A stretch of DNA of 36,650 nucleotides, taken from the NCBI GenBank assembly GCA_043819385.1, contig JBDREW010000024.1, positions 1-36,650 on the forward strand, written 5' to 3'. The notes beneath the pieces are model-generated. The model ran no database searches and was not told the origin of the DNA. It saw only the letters and a program-made list of their open reading frames with translations. A program made the position numbers and the translations under genes. Source of the stretch: Candidatus Nealsonbacteria bacterium (lineage in GTDB: Bacteria > Patescibacteriota > Minisyncoccia > Minisyncoccales > GWA2-38-27). Of the stretch, positions 25,117 through 35,168 are shown piece after piece (position 1 is the first letter of the stretch; each line of letters begins with the position of its first letter).

Positions 25117-27429
25117 ATGGTTAAGAAAATAAAAAAATCTGAAAAAATTATAAAAAAGAAGTTAAAAAAACTTTTAAATCCAGTTAAAAATATTAAGTTA
25201 AAGAAAAAACTTTTGTTAGAAAAGAAAATTGAAAAGCAAAAAATTAAAAAAGATAAATTAAAGAAGTTGAAAAAACTTTTGTTAGAAAAGAAAATTGAAA
25301 AGCAAAAAAAGAAAAAAGACAAATTAAAGAAGTTGAAAAAACTTTTGTTAGAAAAGAAAGCTAAAAAGAAATTAAAAAAACTTTTAAAGAAAAAATCTTT
25401 ATTAAAAAATAAATCTGGAAAGAAAAGCAAAAAAATAATTAAACAAAAATCTGAAAAAATTGTAAAAAAGAAAATATCTTTATTAAAAAATAAATCTGGA
25501 AAGAAAAGCAAAAAAATAATTAAACAAAAAAATGAAAAAAATATAAAAAAGAAATCAAAAAAGATTTTAAGGCCTGTTATAAAAAAGAAATTAAAGAAAA
25601 AATCTTTATTAGAAAATAAAGCCGGAAAAAAGAAAATAAAGAATTTTAAAAAGATTTTAAATAAAAAAAGAGATTTAGGAGAAATAATTAAAATTTCTAA
25701 AATTGAAAATGACCCAACAGTTCACAAAACAAAAATAAGAGTAATTGGAATTGGAGGAGGTGGGAGCACAATTGTTTCTGAAATTATTTCAAGAGTTAAA
25801 AAAGCTGATTTTTATGTTGCTAATACTGATATTCAAGCATTAAAAGAATCGTCTAAAGTAGCAAAAATATTTCATTTCGGAGAGAAAATTACTAATGGAT
25901 TAGGAACAGGCATGAATATTGAATTAGGAGAAATGGCTGCTAATGAAGAACAAGATAGAATAGAAAAGATTTTAAAAGACCAAGATTTATGTATTCTTAT
26001 TGCTTCTCTTGGCGGAGGAACAAGTTCAGGAGCTACTCCTGTTTTTTCTAAGATTTCTAAAAATTTAGGTAATATTACATATGGAATTTTTACTTTACCT
26101 TTTGAATTTGAAGGAGAGAAAAAAATGGAGGCTGCTTTAGAATCATTAGAAAAAATAAAGCCAAATCTTAATGTTTATACAGTTATTCCAAATGAAAGAA
26201 TTTTTGAGATAGTAGATAAAAACACTCCATTAGGTGAAGCACTCTCAGCCATTAATGAAAGATTGGCTGATAATTTAGGAGGATTAATTGAAATGATTTA
26301 TTCTCATGGATTAATTAATATTGATTTTGCTGATTTAAAAACTATTTTGTCTGGGAAAGGACGTCTTACTTATTTAAATGCTTCAGAAATTGAAAAAGTT
26401 GATAGAGATGAAATATTAAAAAAAGTAATTTCAAGTGTTTTGCATCCATATAATATAAAAGGGGCAAAGGGTATTTTGTATAATATAACGAGTGGAAAGA
26501 ACATTCAACTTTCAGAAGTTTCTCAAATATCTAATATAATTTCTGAATCAGCGAATAAAAATGCTAAAATTATTTTTGGAATTAATCAAAATCAAAAGAA
26601 TCAAGATAAAATTAAAATAACCTTACTTGCTACTGGGTGTATAACGAAAGGTGCTTTGTATCATCCATTGAAAGAAAATAAATTTGATTTAAAATCGTCT
26701 CGAAAAAAGAAGAAAATAAAAACAGGAAAGAAAAAGAAGATAGAAAGTAAAGAAAAAGAAGATAAATCTAATTTAGATTTAAAGAAAAAGAAAAATAAAT
26801 TACAAAAGAAAAAAAATGTGATCAAAAAATCTATTCAAAGCTCTTCTGTTAAGAATAAACTTATTAGTAATGCTGTGCCAGTTCGTATTGTACCAGATCG
26901 TATTATTACTAGTGAACAAAATATTACTGATAAACAAAGCATTACTAGTAAAAATAGTAGTGATATGAGTGAGAAAGATTTAAAAACTTCATCTAAGATA
27001 AAAACAATTTTTTCTAATAAACTTGTTGAAAATAGTGAGGTTAAAAAAGAAAATAAACAAAAGGAAAAGATAGAAAAGGAAATTGAAAAAGAAGAAATCA
27101 ATCAAAATAAACAAGCATCTCAAGATATTCCTATTCGCATTAATAATCCAACTGATAATCCAACTGATAATCCAACTGATAATCCAACTGATAATCCAAC
27201 TGATAATCCAACTGATAATCCAACTGATAATCCAACTGTTAATGTTGAGATATTATCTTCTGGTCAAAAAAAACCAGAAGAATTAAAGAATATGTTTAAA
27301 TTTGAAAATAATAATAAAATTAGAAAAAATGCGCTTCAATTAAAAAAAGAAGCAGAGGAAGCAGAAAAAGATTTATTAGATCAGGAAAAAATCTGGGAAA
27401 TACCAGCTATATTAAGAAGAAAAAAATAA
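25117..27429 (+). CDS. ftsZ: Divergent FtsZ with a ~200 aa Lys-rich N-terminal extension and long linker
   Basis: IRVIGIGGGG, ANTD.QAL, GLGTG, GGGTSSG, PF.FEG, INIDFAD and C-terminal IPAILRR peptide. Confidence 0.9.
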   Translation: MVKKIKKSEKIIKKKLKKLLNPVKNIKLKKKLLLEKKIEKQKIKKDKLKKLKKLLLEKKIEKQKKKKDKLKKLKKLLLEKKAKKKLKKLLKKKSLLKNKSGKKSKKIIKQKSEKIVKKKISLLKNKSGKKSKKIIKQKNEKNIKKKSKKILRPVIKKKLKKKSLLENKAGKKKIKNFKKILNKKRDLGEIIKISKIENDPTVHKTKIRVIGIGGGGSTIVSEIISRVKKADFYVANTDIQALKESSKVAKIFHFGEKITNGLGTGMNIELGEMAANEEQDRIEKILKDQDLCILIASLGGGTSSGATPVFSKISKNLGNITYGIFTLPFEFEGEKKMEAALESLEKIKPNLNVYTVIPNERIFEIVDKNTPLGEALSAINERLADNLGGLIEMIYSHGLINIDFADLKTILSGKGRLTYLNASEIEKVDRDEILKKVISSVLHPYNIKGAKGILYNITSGKNIQLSEVSQISNIISESANKNAKIIFGINQNQKNQDKIKITLLATGCITKGALYHPLKENKFDLKSSRKKKKIKTGKKKKIESKEKEDKSNLDLKKKKNKLQKKKNVIKKSIQSSSVKNKLISNAVPVRIVPDRIITSEQNITDKQSITSKNSSDMSEKDLKTSSKIKTIFSNKLVENSEVKKENKQKEKIEKEIEKEEINQNKQASQDIPIRINNPTDNPTDNPTDNPTDNPTDNPTDNPTDNPTVNVEILSSGQKKPEELKNMFKFENNNKIRKNALQLKKEAEEAEKDLLDQEKIWEIPAILRRKK
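27145..27240 (+). repeat. 12 bp tandem repeat x8 (NPTD) in the FtsZ linker
   Basis: (AATCCAACTGAT)7 followed by AATCCAACTGTT. Confidence 0.97.
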
Positions 27430-27450
27430 TAATAATAAACAATAGATATT

Positions 27451-28323
27451 ATGGAGATTAAAAAAGCAATAATTCCAATTGCTGGCCTGGGAACAAGATT
27501 TTTACCTTTGTCTAAGGTTGTTTCAAAAGAACTATGGCCGATTGTTGATGAACCAGTTATTCAGAAAATTATTACAGAAGCAAAAAATTCAGGCATTACT
27601 GAAATAATTTTTGTGATTAGTCCAGGAAATAAAAAACTTTTAGATTATTTGAAACCAGACCTAGAAATTGAAAAAAGATTAGAAAAAAGTAAAAAAACTC
27701 AAATTTTGAAGGAATATAGAAATTTTCATCAATCTTTTAAAAATATTTCTTTTAATTATGTGTTCCAAAAAAAACCCTTAGGAGATGGACATGCTATTTT
27801 ACAAGCAAGAAAATTAATAGGGGATGAGCCAGTTGCTGTTTTATTTGCTGACGATATTGTAGATTCAGAAGTTCCTTGTCTTGAACAAATGAGACGTGTT
27901 TTTAAAACATGTCAAAAACCAATTCTTTCTCTTTACCGCCTTCCTAAAGATAAAATTTCTTCTTACGGAACAGTTGGTGTCCAAAAAATAGCTAATCGTT
28001 TTTTTAAAATTAAAGAAATTGTTGAAAAACCAGAACCAGAAACAGCGCCTTCTGACTTAGCGATCGTTGGAAAATATATTTTAACTCCAGAAGTTTTTAA
28101 TTATCTTAAAAAAGCAAAGCCAGGATTTAAAGGAGAAATAATTCTTGCTGATACTCTTGCTAAAATGTTGCAAGAAGGGAAAATAATTTATGGTTATGAG
28201 TTTCAAGGGAAATGGTTTGAATGTGGAAATAAACTTGCTTGGCTTAAATCTCATCTTTATTTTTCTTTAAAAGATCCTCGTTTCGGACCGGACTTGAAAA
28301 AATTTTTAAAAGATGTAAAATAA
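27451..28323 (+). CDS. galU: UTP--glucose-1-phosphate uridylyltransferase
   Basis: KAIIPIAGLGTRFLP.SK, Q..PLGDGHA, VEKP and GEI.L motifs. Confidence 0.93.
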   Translation: MEIKKAIIPIAGLGTRFLPLSKVVSKELWPIVDEPVIQKIITEAKNSGITEIIFVISPGNKKLLDYLKPDLEIEKRLEKSKKTQILKEYRNFHQSFKNISFNYVFQKKPLGDGHAILQARKLIGDEPVAVLFADDIVDSEVPCLEQMRRVFKTCQKPILSLYRLPKDKISSYGTVGVQKIANRFFKIKEIVEKPEPETAPSDLAIVGKYILTPEVFNYLKKAKPGFKGEIILADTLAKMLQEGKIIYGYEFQGKWFECGNKLAWLKSHLYFSLKDPRFGPDLKKFLKDVK

Positions 28324-28353
28324 AAAAGGTTCTTTAATAAGAAAGGATAAAAA

Positions 28354-28974
28354 ATGGTAGATTCAAACAAAACACTAATAAATGGAATAAGACTAGGTTG
28401 TCTTTATTCTTATGGTTGTAATTCAGCGGATATTAATAATCTCAATGAAGATCTTTTAGGTTTTGCGAAATCTCTTTCACAAGAATCTATTGATAGGGCT
28501 ATTATTGTATTAGCACATTTAGATCCTTATAAAAATTATCAAGAAGATAAGTTGGAAGAAATTTTTGGGGAGAAAAGAGTAATAACTTATTGGCTTGGAT
28601 CTTTAAATTGTGATTTTAAAGAAACTCATAATTGGTATGTGCTTTTAGATATTTTAAGAATTCAAAAAGAATCAAAGCATAATTTACCAGATAGTTTAAT
28701 TCAAAAACTTCTTGATTGCTCAATTTCTTATGGAAAAGTGATTAAAATTTTAGAAGATGGTTGGATAGTAGTTCGTCATTTCAAATTGGTAGTTAGAAAT
28801 GGAAAGTTTAGTTGGGAAGCAATTATCAAAGACAAAGCATTAGAAAGCTTGGCAGAAGGCATAGAAGAAGGTGATTTTGTTTCAATACATTTAGAAATAA
28901 TTAGAGAAAAGATTTCAGAAGATCAAATAAGGATTATTGAAGAGAAAACTAGGTCTGTTCTAGAAAATATATAA
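28354..28974 (+). CDS. Hydrogenase-associated hypothetical protein (DUF6390-like, HypC-like OB tail)
   Basis: VITYWLG, DCSISYGKV and GDFVSIH motifs; located directly upstream of the hypC-like gene. Confidence 0.55.
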   Translation: MVDSNKTLINGIRLGCLYSYGCNSADINNLNEDLLGFAKSLSQESIDRAIIVLAHLDPYKNYQEDKLEEIFGEKRVITYWLGSLNCDFKETHNWYVLLDILRIQKESKHNLPDSLIQKLLDCSISYGKVIKILEDGWIVVRHFKLVVRNGKFSWEAIIKDKALESLAEGIEEGDFVSIHLEIIREKISEDQIRIIEEKTRSVLENI

Positions 28975-29039
28975 AAGCATGAATAATTTCATGCTTTTTT
29001 AAACTTTCCTTTTATTTTTTATTTTGGTAAAATAAAATA

Positions 29040-29237
29040 ATGTGTATTAACTTACCTGTTAAAGTGTCTTTAATAAAAGACAATAGAATTTATATTCAAG
29101 GGAGAGAAAAGCAAGTATCTGGTTCTTTAATTAAAATAAAGGTAGGTGATTATGTTTATTTACAAAATAATTTTATAATACAAAAAATAAATAAAAAAGA
29201 TGCTCAAGTAGTTATTAATTTAGTTAAAAATGGATAA
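29040..29237 (+). CDS. hypC: HypC-like hydrogenase chaperone (degenerate)
   Basis: MC...P.KV start and KVGDYV motif; the usual His of V-H-x-G is replaced (YLQNNF). Confidence 0.7.
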   Translation: MCINLPVKVSLIKDNRIYIQGREKQVSGSLIKIKVGDYVYLQNNFIIQKINKKDAQVVINLVKNG

Positions 29238-30003
29238 AAAACCTAAAATTGCAATTATTTCTCTAACTTCTTGTGAAGGATGTCAGTTTGTTATTTTAGA
29301 TTTAGGCAAGAAGTTTTTTAATTTTTTAAAAAAAGTTGATTTAGTTGATTTTAAATTGATTGAAGATGCTCCATTTCCTAAAGGTGCAAAAATAGATGTT
29401 GCTTTTGTAGAAGGTAATCCAATTAGAAAAGAAGAAGTTGCTGTTCTTAAAGAAGTAAGAAAAAGAGCAAAATTTTTAGTTGTTATAGGAAATTGTGCTT
29501 CTTTAGGTGGAATTCCAGAACTTAAAAATTATCAAAACAAAGAAAAAACAATTAGATATATTTATAAAAATATAGAAGGAATTGAAAATCCAGAAATTAA
29601 AGAAATTGATAATTTTGTAAAAGTTGATTTTACAATTAGAGGTTGTCCAATAAATGGAGAAGAGTTTTTAAAATTTGCTAATTCCTTAATAAAAGGAAAA
29701 ATTCCAAAATTTATTCAAAAACCAGTTTGTACAGAATGTGATTATATGGGAAAAGATACTTGTTTTTTGAGGAGGAAAGAACCATGCTTAGGTCCAATTA
29801 GTGTAGCAGGATGTACAGCAATTTGTCCAAGAGGGGAATTTCCATGTTATGGATGTAGAGACATTATAGAAACAATTCAACCAAAAGGATTTTTAAAATC
29901 ATTAGAAAAAATGAAATCTAAACAAGATATTGAAGAAAATTTAGAACTTTTTGGAATAAAAGATGGTATAGAAGAAAAATATAAAAATAAAAATAATAAA
30001 TAA
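29230..30003 (+). CDS. hyhS: Group 3b-like NiFe hydrogenase small (delta) subunit
   Basis: LTSCEGC, VEG, GNCA and GCP proximal ligands; CTEC..C..CLGP and GC.AIC..CYGC distal/medial ligands. Confidence 0.9.
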   Translation: MDKKPKIAIISLTSCEGCQFVILDLGKKFFNFLKKVDLVDFKLIEDAPFPKGAKIDVAFVEGNPIRKEEVAVLKEVRKRAKFLVVIGNCASLGGIPELKNYQNKEKTIRYIYKNIEGIENPEIKEIDNFVKVDFTIRGCPINGEEFLKFANSLIKGKIPKFIQKPVCTECDYMGKDTCFLRRKEPCLGPISVAGCTAICPRGEFPCYGCRDIIETIQPKGFLKSLEKMKSKQDIEENLELFGIKDGIEEKYKNKNNK

Positions 30004-30012
30004 TAAATAATT

Positions 30013-31290
30013 ATGAAAATATCTGTTCCACATATACATAAAATTGAAGGGGATATTGGATTATGGGCTGAGGTTACTAAACAAGGAAAAGTTGAAAGTC
30101 TTAAAATGCAGGGCTTAATTGGCCTACGCCAAATTGAGGGTATTTTGATTGGTAGAAAAGTTGAAGAAGCGCCAGTTGTTATTTCAAGAATTTGCGGTAT
30201 TTGTCCAGTTGTTCATATTTTAAATGCTATTTGTGCTTTTGAAAACGCTTTATCTTTAAAAGTATCTCCTTTAACTATTTTATTAAGAAAATTAATGCTT
30301 GCTTCTCAGATAATCCAAAGTAATGCGCTTCATTTATTTTTTATGTCATTGCCAGATTTCTTTAATATTGAAAATGATTTAGATTTACTTAAGAAATTTC
30401 CAAAAGAAGCAGATGCAGCTATGAAGGTAAGAGATTATGCGCTGGATATTACAAAAGTTGTAGGAATAAGAGCTGTTCATCCTTTAACTTTTAAGATAGG
30501 TGGATTTAGAAAAATGCCAGATAAAGAAAAACTTAAAAAGCTTTTAGAATCTTCTAAATTAGCAATTAAAAATGCTTTAATCTTAGAAAAGACATTAAAA
30601 AAGGTATCTTATCCAAAGTTTGAAAGAAAAATAAATTTTGCATCTCTTTATTCAAAAAAAGAATATCCATTTTATCAAGCTGATTTAATAAAAATAAAAG
30701 ATGAAGAAATAACAATTAAAGATTTTTATTCAAATGAATTAATAGAAGATTTGAAGCAAGCCCCAATTAAAAAAGTAAAGTTTAGAGGAGAAGAGTATAT
30801 GTTAGGCTCAATAGCAAGAGTTAAAAATAATAACGCTCTATTAAATCCAATAGCCAAAAGAATTTTAGAAGATTTTGTAAAAGAGCAGGGGATTGATAAA
30901 GAAAAAATGTTTGATAATATTTTCTATAATCTTTTTTACCAATTTGTTGAAGTTGTTCATTTCATAGAAGAAACTGAAAAGATTATTAAACAAGTTTTGA
31001 TTATGGATTTAAATGAAAAGCCAAAATTAATTAAAATGAAACAAGGAACAGGATTAACGGCAATGGAAGCTCCTCGTGGAACATTGTTTGATTTTATGGA
31101 AATAGATAAAAATGGCAGAGTATTAAATTGTAATATTATTACTCCAAGTGCTCAATTTTTAAATAATTTAGAGAAAGATATTAAACTTTATTTACCAAAA
31201 ATTATTAAAATGTCTGAGAAAGAACGAGCAAGAAAAATAAGGTCATTAGCAAGAGTTTATGACCCTTGTATTTCTTGTGCAACGCATTAG
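30013..31290 (+). CDS. hyhL: Group 3b-like NiFe hydrogenase large (alpha) subunit
   Basis: L1 RICGIC, EAPRG and L2 DPCISCATH ending at the stop codon. Confidence 0.93.
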   Translation: MKISVPHIHKIEGDIGLWAEVTKQGKVESLKMQGLIGLRQIEGILIGRKVEEAPVVISRICGICPVVHILNAICAFENALSLKVSPLTILLRKLMLASQIIQSNALHLFFMSLPDFFNIENDLDLLKKFPKEADAAMKVRDYALDITKVVGIRAVHPLTFKIGGFRKMPDKEKLKKLLESSKLAIKNALILEKTLKKVSYPKFERKINFASLYSKKEYPFYQADLIKIKDEEITIKDFYSNELIEDLKQAPIKKVKFRGEEYMLGSIARVKNNNALLNPIAKRILEDFVKEQGIDKEKMFDNIFYNLFYQFVEVVHFIEETEKIIKQVLIMDLNEKPKLIKMKQGTGLTAMEAPRGTLFDFMEIDKNGRVLNCNIITPSAQFLNNLEKDIKLYLPKIIKMSEKERARKIRSLARVYDPCISCATH

Positions 31291-31346
31291 TTAAAAAAAT
31301 TAAAACTAATATTCTAGCAAATAAATTGATTAAAATTTAAAAATTT

Positions 31347-32261
31347 ATGTATGATTTAATAATTATTGGCGGAGGACCTGGTGGAGTTACAGCAGGTATT
31401 TATTCTGCCAGACAAAGATTAAAAACTTTAGTTATTACAAAAGGATTTGGAGGTCAGATGGCTAAAAAGGCAGTTGATATTGAAAATTATCCTGGATTTG
31501 TAAAAATTCCAGGAATAGATTTAGTTAAGAAATTTGAAGAGCACTTAAGAGCTCAGGATGTTGAAATTAAAAGAGAAGAAGCTGTAAAAGTTAATAAAAC
31601 AAGTAAAGGATTTTCAATTTTTACAGGAGACAAGAATAAATATGAATCTAAAGCAGTTATTCTTGCTTCAGGAGCAGATCCAAGGCCATTAGAAGTTCCA
31701 GGAGAAAAAGAATTTATTGGAAAAGGTGTGAGCTATTGTTCAGTTTGTGATGGACCTATATATAAAGATAAAACAATAGTTATAGTTGGAGGAGGAAACT
31801 CTGGTTTTGAGACGGCTTTATTTTTAAAGGATTATGTCAAGAAAATATATATTTTAGAATATGGTGCTGAAATAAAAGCAGAAAAAGCGAGTCAAGAAAT
31901 AGTTGGAAAATCAAAAAAAATTAAAATAATGACTAATACTGCTTTGAGAGAGATTAAAGGAACTAATTTTGTAGAAGAAATAATATATGAAGACTTAATA
32001 AAAAAAGAAAAAAAGAATTTAAAAGTTGAAGGTGTTTTTGTTGAAATTGGTACTCAACCAGCTACATCTTTTGTTAAAGATTTAGTTAGTTTTAATGAAA
32101 GAGATGAAATAAAAGTTGAATCTGAAACTTGTCAAACTAAAACTCCAGGATTATATGCTATTGGAGATTTAAATGTGGGAAAATATAAGCAAATTGTAAC
32201 TGCTTGTGGAGAAGGAGCAAAAGCAGCCCTTGCTGCTTTTGAATATATTAAAAAAGTGTAA
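31347..32261 (+). CDS. trxB: Thioredoxin reductase (TrxB/AhpF-like)
   Basis: GGGPGG FAD motif, GKGVSYCSVCDG, GGGNSG NAD(P) motif and KQIVTA.GEG. Confidence 0.9.
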   Translation: MYDLIIIGGGPGGVTAGIYSARQRLKTLVITKGFGGQMAKKAVDIENYPGFVKIPGIDLVKKFEEHLRAQDVEIKREEAVKVNKTSKGFSIFTGDKNKYESKAVILASGADPRPLEVPGEKEFIGKGVSYCSVCDGPIYKDKTIVIVGGGNSGFETALFLKDYVKKIYILEYGAEIKAEKASQEIVGKSKKIKIMTNTALREIKGTNFVEEIIYEDLIKKEKKNLKVEGVFVEIGTQPATSFVKDLVSFNERDEIKVESETCQTKTPGLYAIGDLNVGKYKQIVTACGEGAKAALAAFEYIKKV

Positions 32262-32275
32262 AGTCATATTAATTG

Positions 32276-33523
32276 ATGAGTTCTAAAATAAAAAGTATTA
32301 GAGCAAGAGAGATATTGGATTCTCGTGGTAATCCCACTGTTGAAGTTGAATTAGAAACTAATGATGGATTTTTTATTGATTCAGTTCCCTCAGGTGCTTC
32401 AACAGGAAAATATGAAGCAAAGGAAATAAGAGATGAGGGAAAAAGATACAATGGAAAAGGTGTTTTGTCAGCAGTAAGAAATGTTAATGAAGTTATTGGT
32501 CCTAAAATTATTGGAGAGAATGTATTAGACCAGGAAAAGATAGATAAAATAATGATAGAATTAGATGGTTCGCCTAATAAATCAAACTTAGGAGCTAATG
32601 CAATTTTACCAATTTCAATGGCTGTTTGTAGGGCAGGAGCCAAATCTCAAAAACTTTTATTATATAATTACATATCCAAAATCTCCGGAGGCAAGGCCTC
32701 CGTAAGTTTACCATGGCCATGTTTTAATATTATCAATGGGGGAGCACATGCAGGAAATGAACTTGATATTCAGGAATTTATGATTATTCCTCAAGAAAAT
32801 TCTTTTTCAGAAAATCTTCAAATTGGAACAGAAATATATCATAGTTTAAAAAATATACTTAAAAAACATCTTGGTAGTTATACAACAAATATAGGGGATG
32901 AAGGGGGGTTTGCACCTCCAATTTCAATGACTGTTCAAGCATTAAGTTTAATAGATAAAGCAATAAAAAACTATCCTGATGTTAAAATTGGATTAGATTG
33001 TGCTGCTACTCAATTTTTAAAAGAGACAAGATATTTTTTAGATGGAACAATTTTTATAAAAGAAGGACTTTTAGATTTTTATCAAGATTTAATAAAAAAT
33101 TATCCAATTATTTTTCTTGAAGACCCTTTTGCAGAAGAAGATTTTTATTGTTTTCAGGAATTAACTCAAGAGTTTGGAGATAAAATAATTATTGTTGGAG
33201 ATGATTTGCTTACTACTAATATTGGTAGAATCAAAAAAGCAAAACAAGAAAATGCTTGTAATGGTATTATTATTAAGCCAAATCAAATTGGTACAATAAC
33301 AGAAACATTATCAGCAATAAAATTAGCAAAATCATATAATTGGAAAATTATTGTTTCTCATAGATCAGGAGATACTTGTGATGATTTTATTGCCGATTTA
33401 GCAGTAGGAGTTAGCGCAGATTTTATAAAATCAGGGGCTCCAGTAAGAGGGGAGAGATTATCAAAATATAATAGATTATTAAAAATTGAACAAGAAATAA
33501 CCCATCACAACCAGTTCCGCTAA
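32276..33523 (+). CDS. eno: Enolase
   Basis: ILDSRGNPTVEVE, VPSGASTG, GDEGGFAP, IKPNQIG and SHRSG motifs. Confidence 0.98.
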   Translation: MSSKIKSIRAREILDSRGNPTVEVELETNDGFFIDSVPSGASTGKYEAKEIRDEGKRYNGKGVLSAVRNVNEVIGPKIIGENVLDQEKIDKIMIELDGSPNKSNLGANAILPISMAVCRAGAKSQKLLLYNYISKISGGKASVSLPWPCFNIINGGAHAGNELDIQEFMIIPQENSFSENLQIGTEIYHSLKNILKKHLGSYTTNIGDEGGFAPPISMTVQALSLIDKAIKNYPDVKIGLDCAATQFLKETRYFLDGTIFIKEGLLDFYQDLIKNYPIIFLEDPFAEEDFYCFQELTQEFGDKIIIVGDDLLTTNIGRIKKAKQENACNGIIIKPNQIGTITETLSAIKLAKSYNWKIIVSHRSGDTCDDFIADLAVGVSADFIKSGAPVRGERLSKYNRLLKIEQEITHHNQFR

Positions 33524-33584
33524 AAGCGGAATGGTGTGAGGGCGAGATAATAAATAAATAATTCGTTTTAAATTTTTTAAAATT

Positions 33585-34259
33585 ATGGCTAAATTATTTT
33601 TGTTAAGGCATTTTAAATCACAATGGAATTTGGAAAATAGATTTACCGGCTGGGTAGATGTTCCTTTATCGCAAGAGGGGATTAAAAAAGCGAAAGAAAC
33701 TTCTCAAAAAATATTTAAATATAAGATAGATAATATTTATTCATCTCCATTAATCAGAAACCAAGATAGTGTTTCAAAGATTTTAGAGTATGTTAAAAAA
33801 TATCCCATTTTTATTCATCTTGATTTTGGAAAAATGAAAAGATGGGGAAAATTTAAAGAATTGAATAAAAATTATTTTCCAGTATATATTTCTCAAAATT
33901 TAAATGAAAGATATTATGGTAGATTGCAAGGATTTAATAAAGATAAGATTATAAAAGAATATGGGAAAGAAAAAGTTCATTTATGGAGAAGGGGATTTAA
34001 AGATTGTCCACCAGGAGGAGAGAGTTTGAAAGATACATATAGAAGAGCTGTTCCATTTTATCGTGCTAATATAGAGAAAGATTTAAAAAAAGAAAGAAAT
34101 GTTTTGATTGTAGCAAGTCATAATTCTTTAAGAGCGATTGTAAAACATATTGAAAAAATTTCTGATAAAGATATAATTGATGTTGAGGTTGCCTATGGTG
34201 GTTTAATAAAATATGAGTTTAGTAAAAAATTAGAATTAAAAAATAAACAAATTTTTTAG
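33585..34259 (+). CDS. gpmA: 2,3-bisphosphoglycerate-dependent phosphoglycerate mutase
   Basis: RH..SQWNLENRFTGWVD, LNERYYG.LQG, PPGGESLKDT and SHNSLR motifs. Confidence 0.93.
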   Translation: MAKLFLLRHFKSQWNLENRFTGWVDVPLSQEGIKKAKETSQKIFKYKIDNIYSSPLIRNQDSVSKILEYVKKYPIFIHLDFGKMKRWGKFKELNKNYFPVYISQNLNERYYGRLQGFNKDKIIKEYGKEKVHLWRRGFKDCPPGGESLKDTYRRAVPFYRANIEKDLKKERNVLIVASHNSLRAIVKHIEKISDKDIIDVEVAYGGLIKYEFSKKLELKNKQIF

Positions 34260-34261
34260 GG

Positions 34262-34307
34262 GCCTGTCCTGAACTTCTTGAAGGGCTTGTCCTGAATTTA
34301 CTGAAGG
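34262..34307 (+). repeat. Two tandem 23 bp units GCYTGTCCTGAAYTT.YTGAAGG
   Basis: 34262-34284 and 34285-34307, immediately after the gpmA stop. Confidence 0.8.
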
Positions 34308-34390
34308 GCTTTACAAGAAAAGCTAAATGTAATAATATTAGAATATTAGTCGGACTGTTAATAATTAATTTAAATTAGAATATTAAAAAT

Positions 34391-35122
34391 ATGAATAAAA
34401 ATTTTATACCAATAGCTATTTTAATTGTTGGAATATTAATCGCTGGAGTGGCTTTTTTTGCAAATAAGTCAGGAGGAGATCAAGATGTTTCAGAAGTTAT
34501 GTCAATTGAAGAGGCAGGGACAAAAGTTATAGACTTTATCAATAATGAACTTTTAAAAGGACAAGCAACTGCTATTTTAGGAGAAACATCAGAAGAGAAT
34601 GGATTGTATAAGATAAAATTTAATATTAATGGACAAGATATTGAATCTTATTTAACTAAAGATGGAAATCTTTTTTTCCCAGAAGCAATTAAGTTGAATG
34701 AATTTTCAAGTGAGCCAGCAGTAGAGCAAGGATTTACAATCGGTGATTTTTCAGTAAGTTCTGATGAACTTTGTACTGAAAATGGAAAACCAATTGTTTA
34801 TTTCTTTGGTTCTGAAACATGTCCTTATTGTCAATGGGAACATCCAGTTATTAAAAAAGTAGTTGAAAAGTTTGGAGCTGAAATTGTTTATCATGATAAT
34901 ATGGATAATGACGCAGATTCAGAAATATTTGCTAAATACAGCACAGGTGGAATTCCAACATTAGTAATGGGATGTAGATATTTCAGAGTTGGAGCTGGTC
35001 AAGAAGCAGGAGAAGAAGCAGAAACAAATAATTTAACTGCTTTAACTTGTAAACTTACCGGAAATAAACCAGAGGGTGTTTGTAGTGAAGTTCAAGATTT
35101 AATTGATCAGATTACTAATTAA
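34391..35122 (+). CDS. Membrane-anchored thioredoxin-fold protein
   Basis: N-terminal TM helix, DsbC-like YLTKDG..FF segment, CPYC active site and GIPT cis-Pro loop. Confidence 0.85.
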   Translation: MNKNFIPIAILIVGILIAGVAFFANKSGGDQDVSEVMSIEEAGTKVIDFINNELLKGQATAILGETSEENGLYKIKFNINGQDIESYLTKDGNLFFPEAIKLNEFSSEPAVEQGFTIGDFSVSSDELCTENGKPIVYFFGSETCPYCQWEHPVIKKVVEKFGAEIVYHDNMDNDADSEIFAKYSTGGIPTLVMGCRYFRVGAGQEAGEEAETNNLTALTCKLTGNKPEGVCSEVQDLIDQITN

Positions 35123-35128
35123 ATTATT

Positions 35129-35157
35129 AATAATAGCGTCATTATGACGCTATTATT
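35129..35157. terminator. Palindrome / possible terminator
   Basis: AATAATAGCGTCAT-T-ATGACGCTATTATT followed by a T tract. Confidence 0.6.
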
Positions 35158-35168
35158 TTTTAAAAAAG

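Noticed and set aside
27145-27240. 12 bp tandem array as iterons or CRISPR
   Set aside because: It is an in-frame coding repeat in the FtsZ linker with no spacers.
33585-34259. gpmA as a pseudogene because RHG is RHF
   Set aside because: The catalytic Arg/His residues and the rest of the frame are intact.
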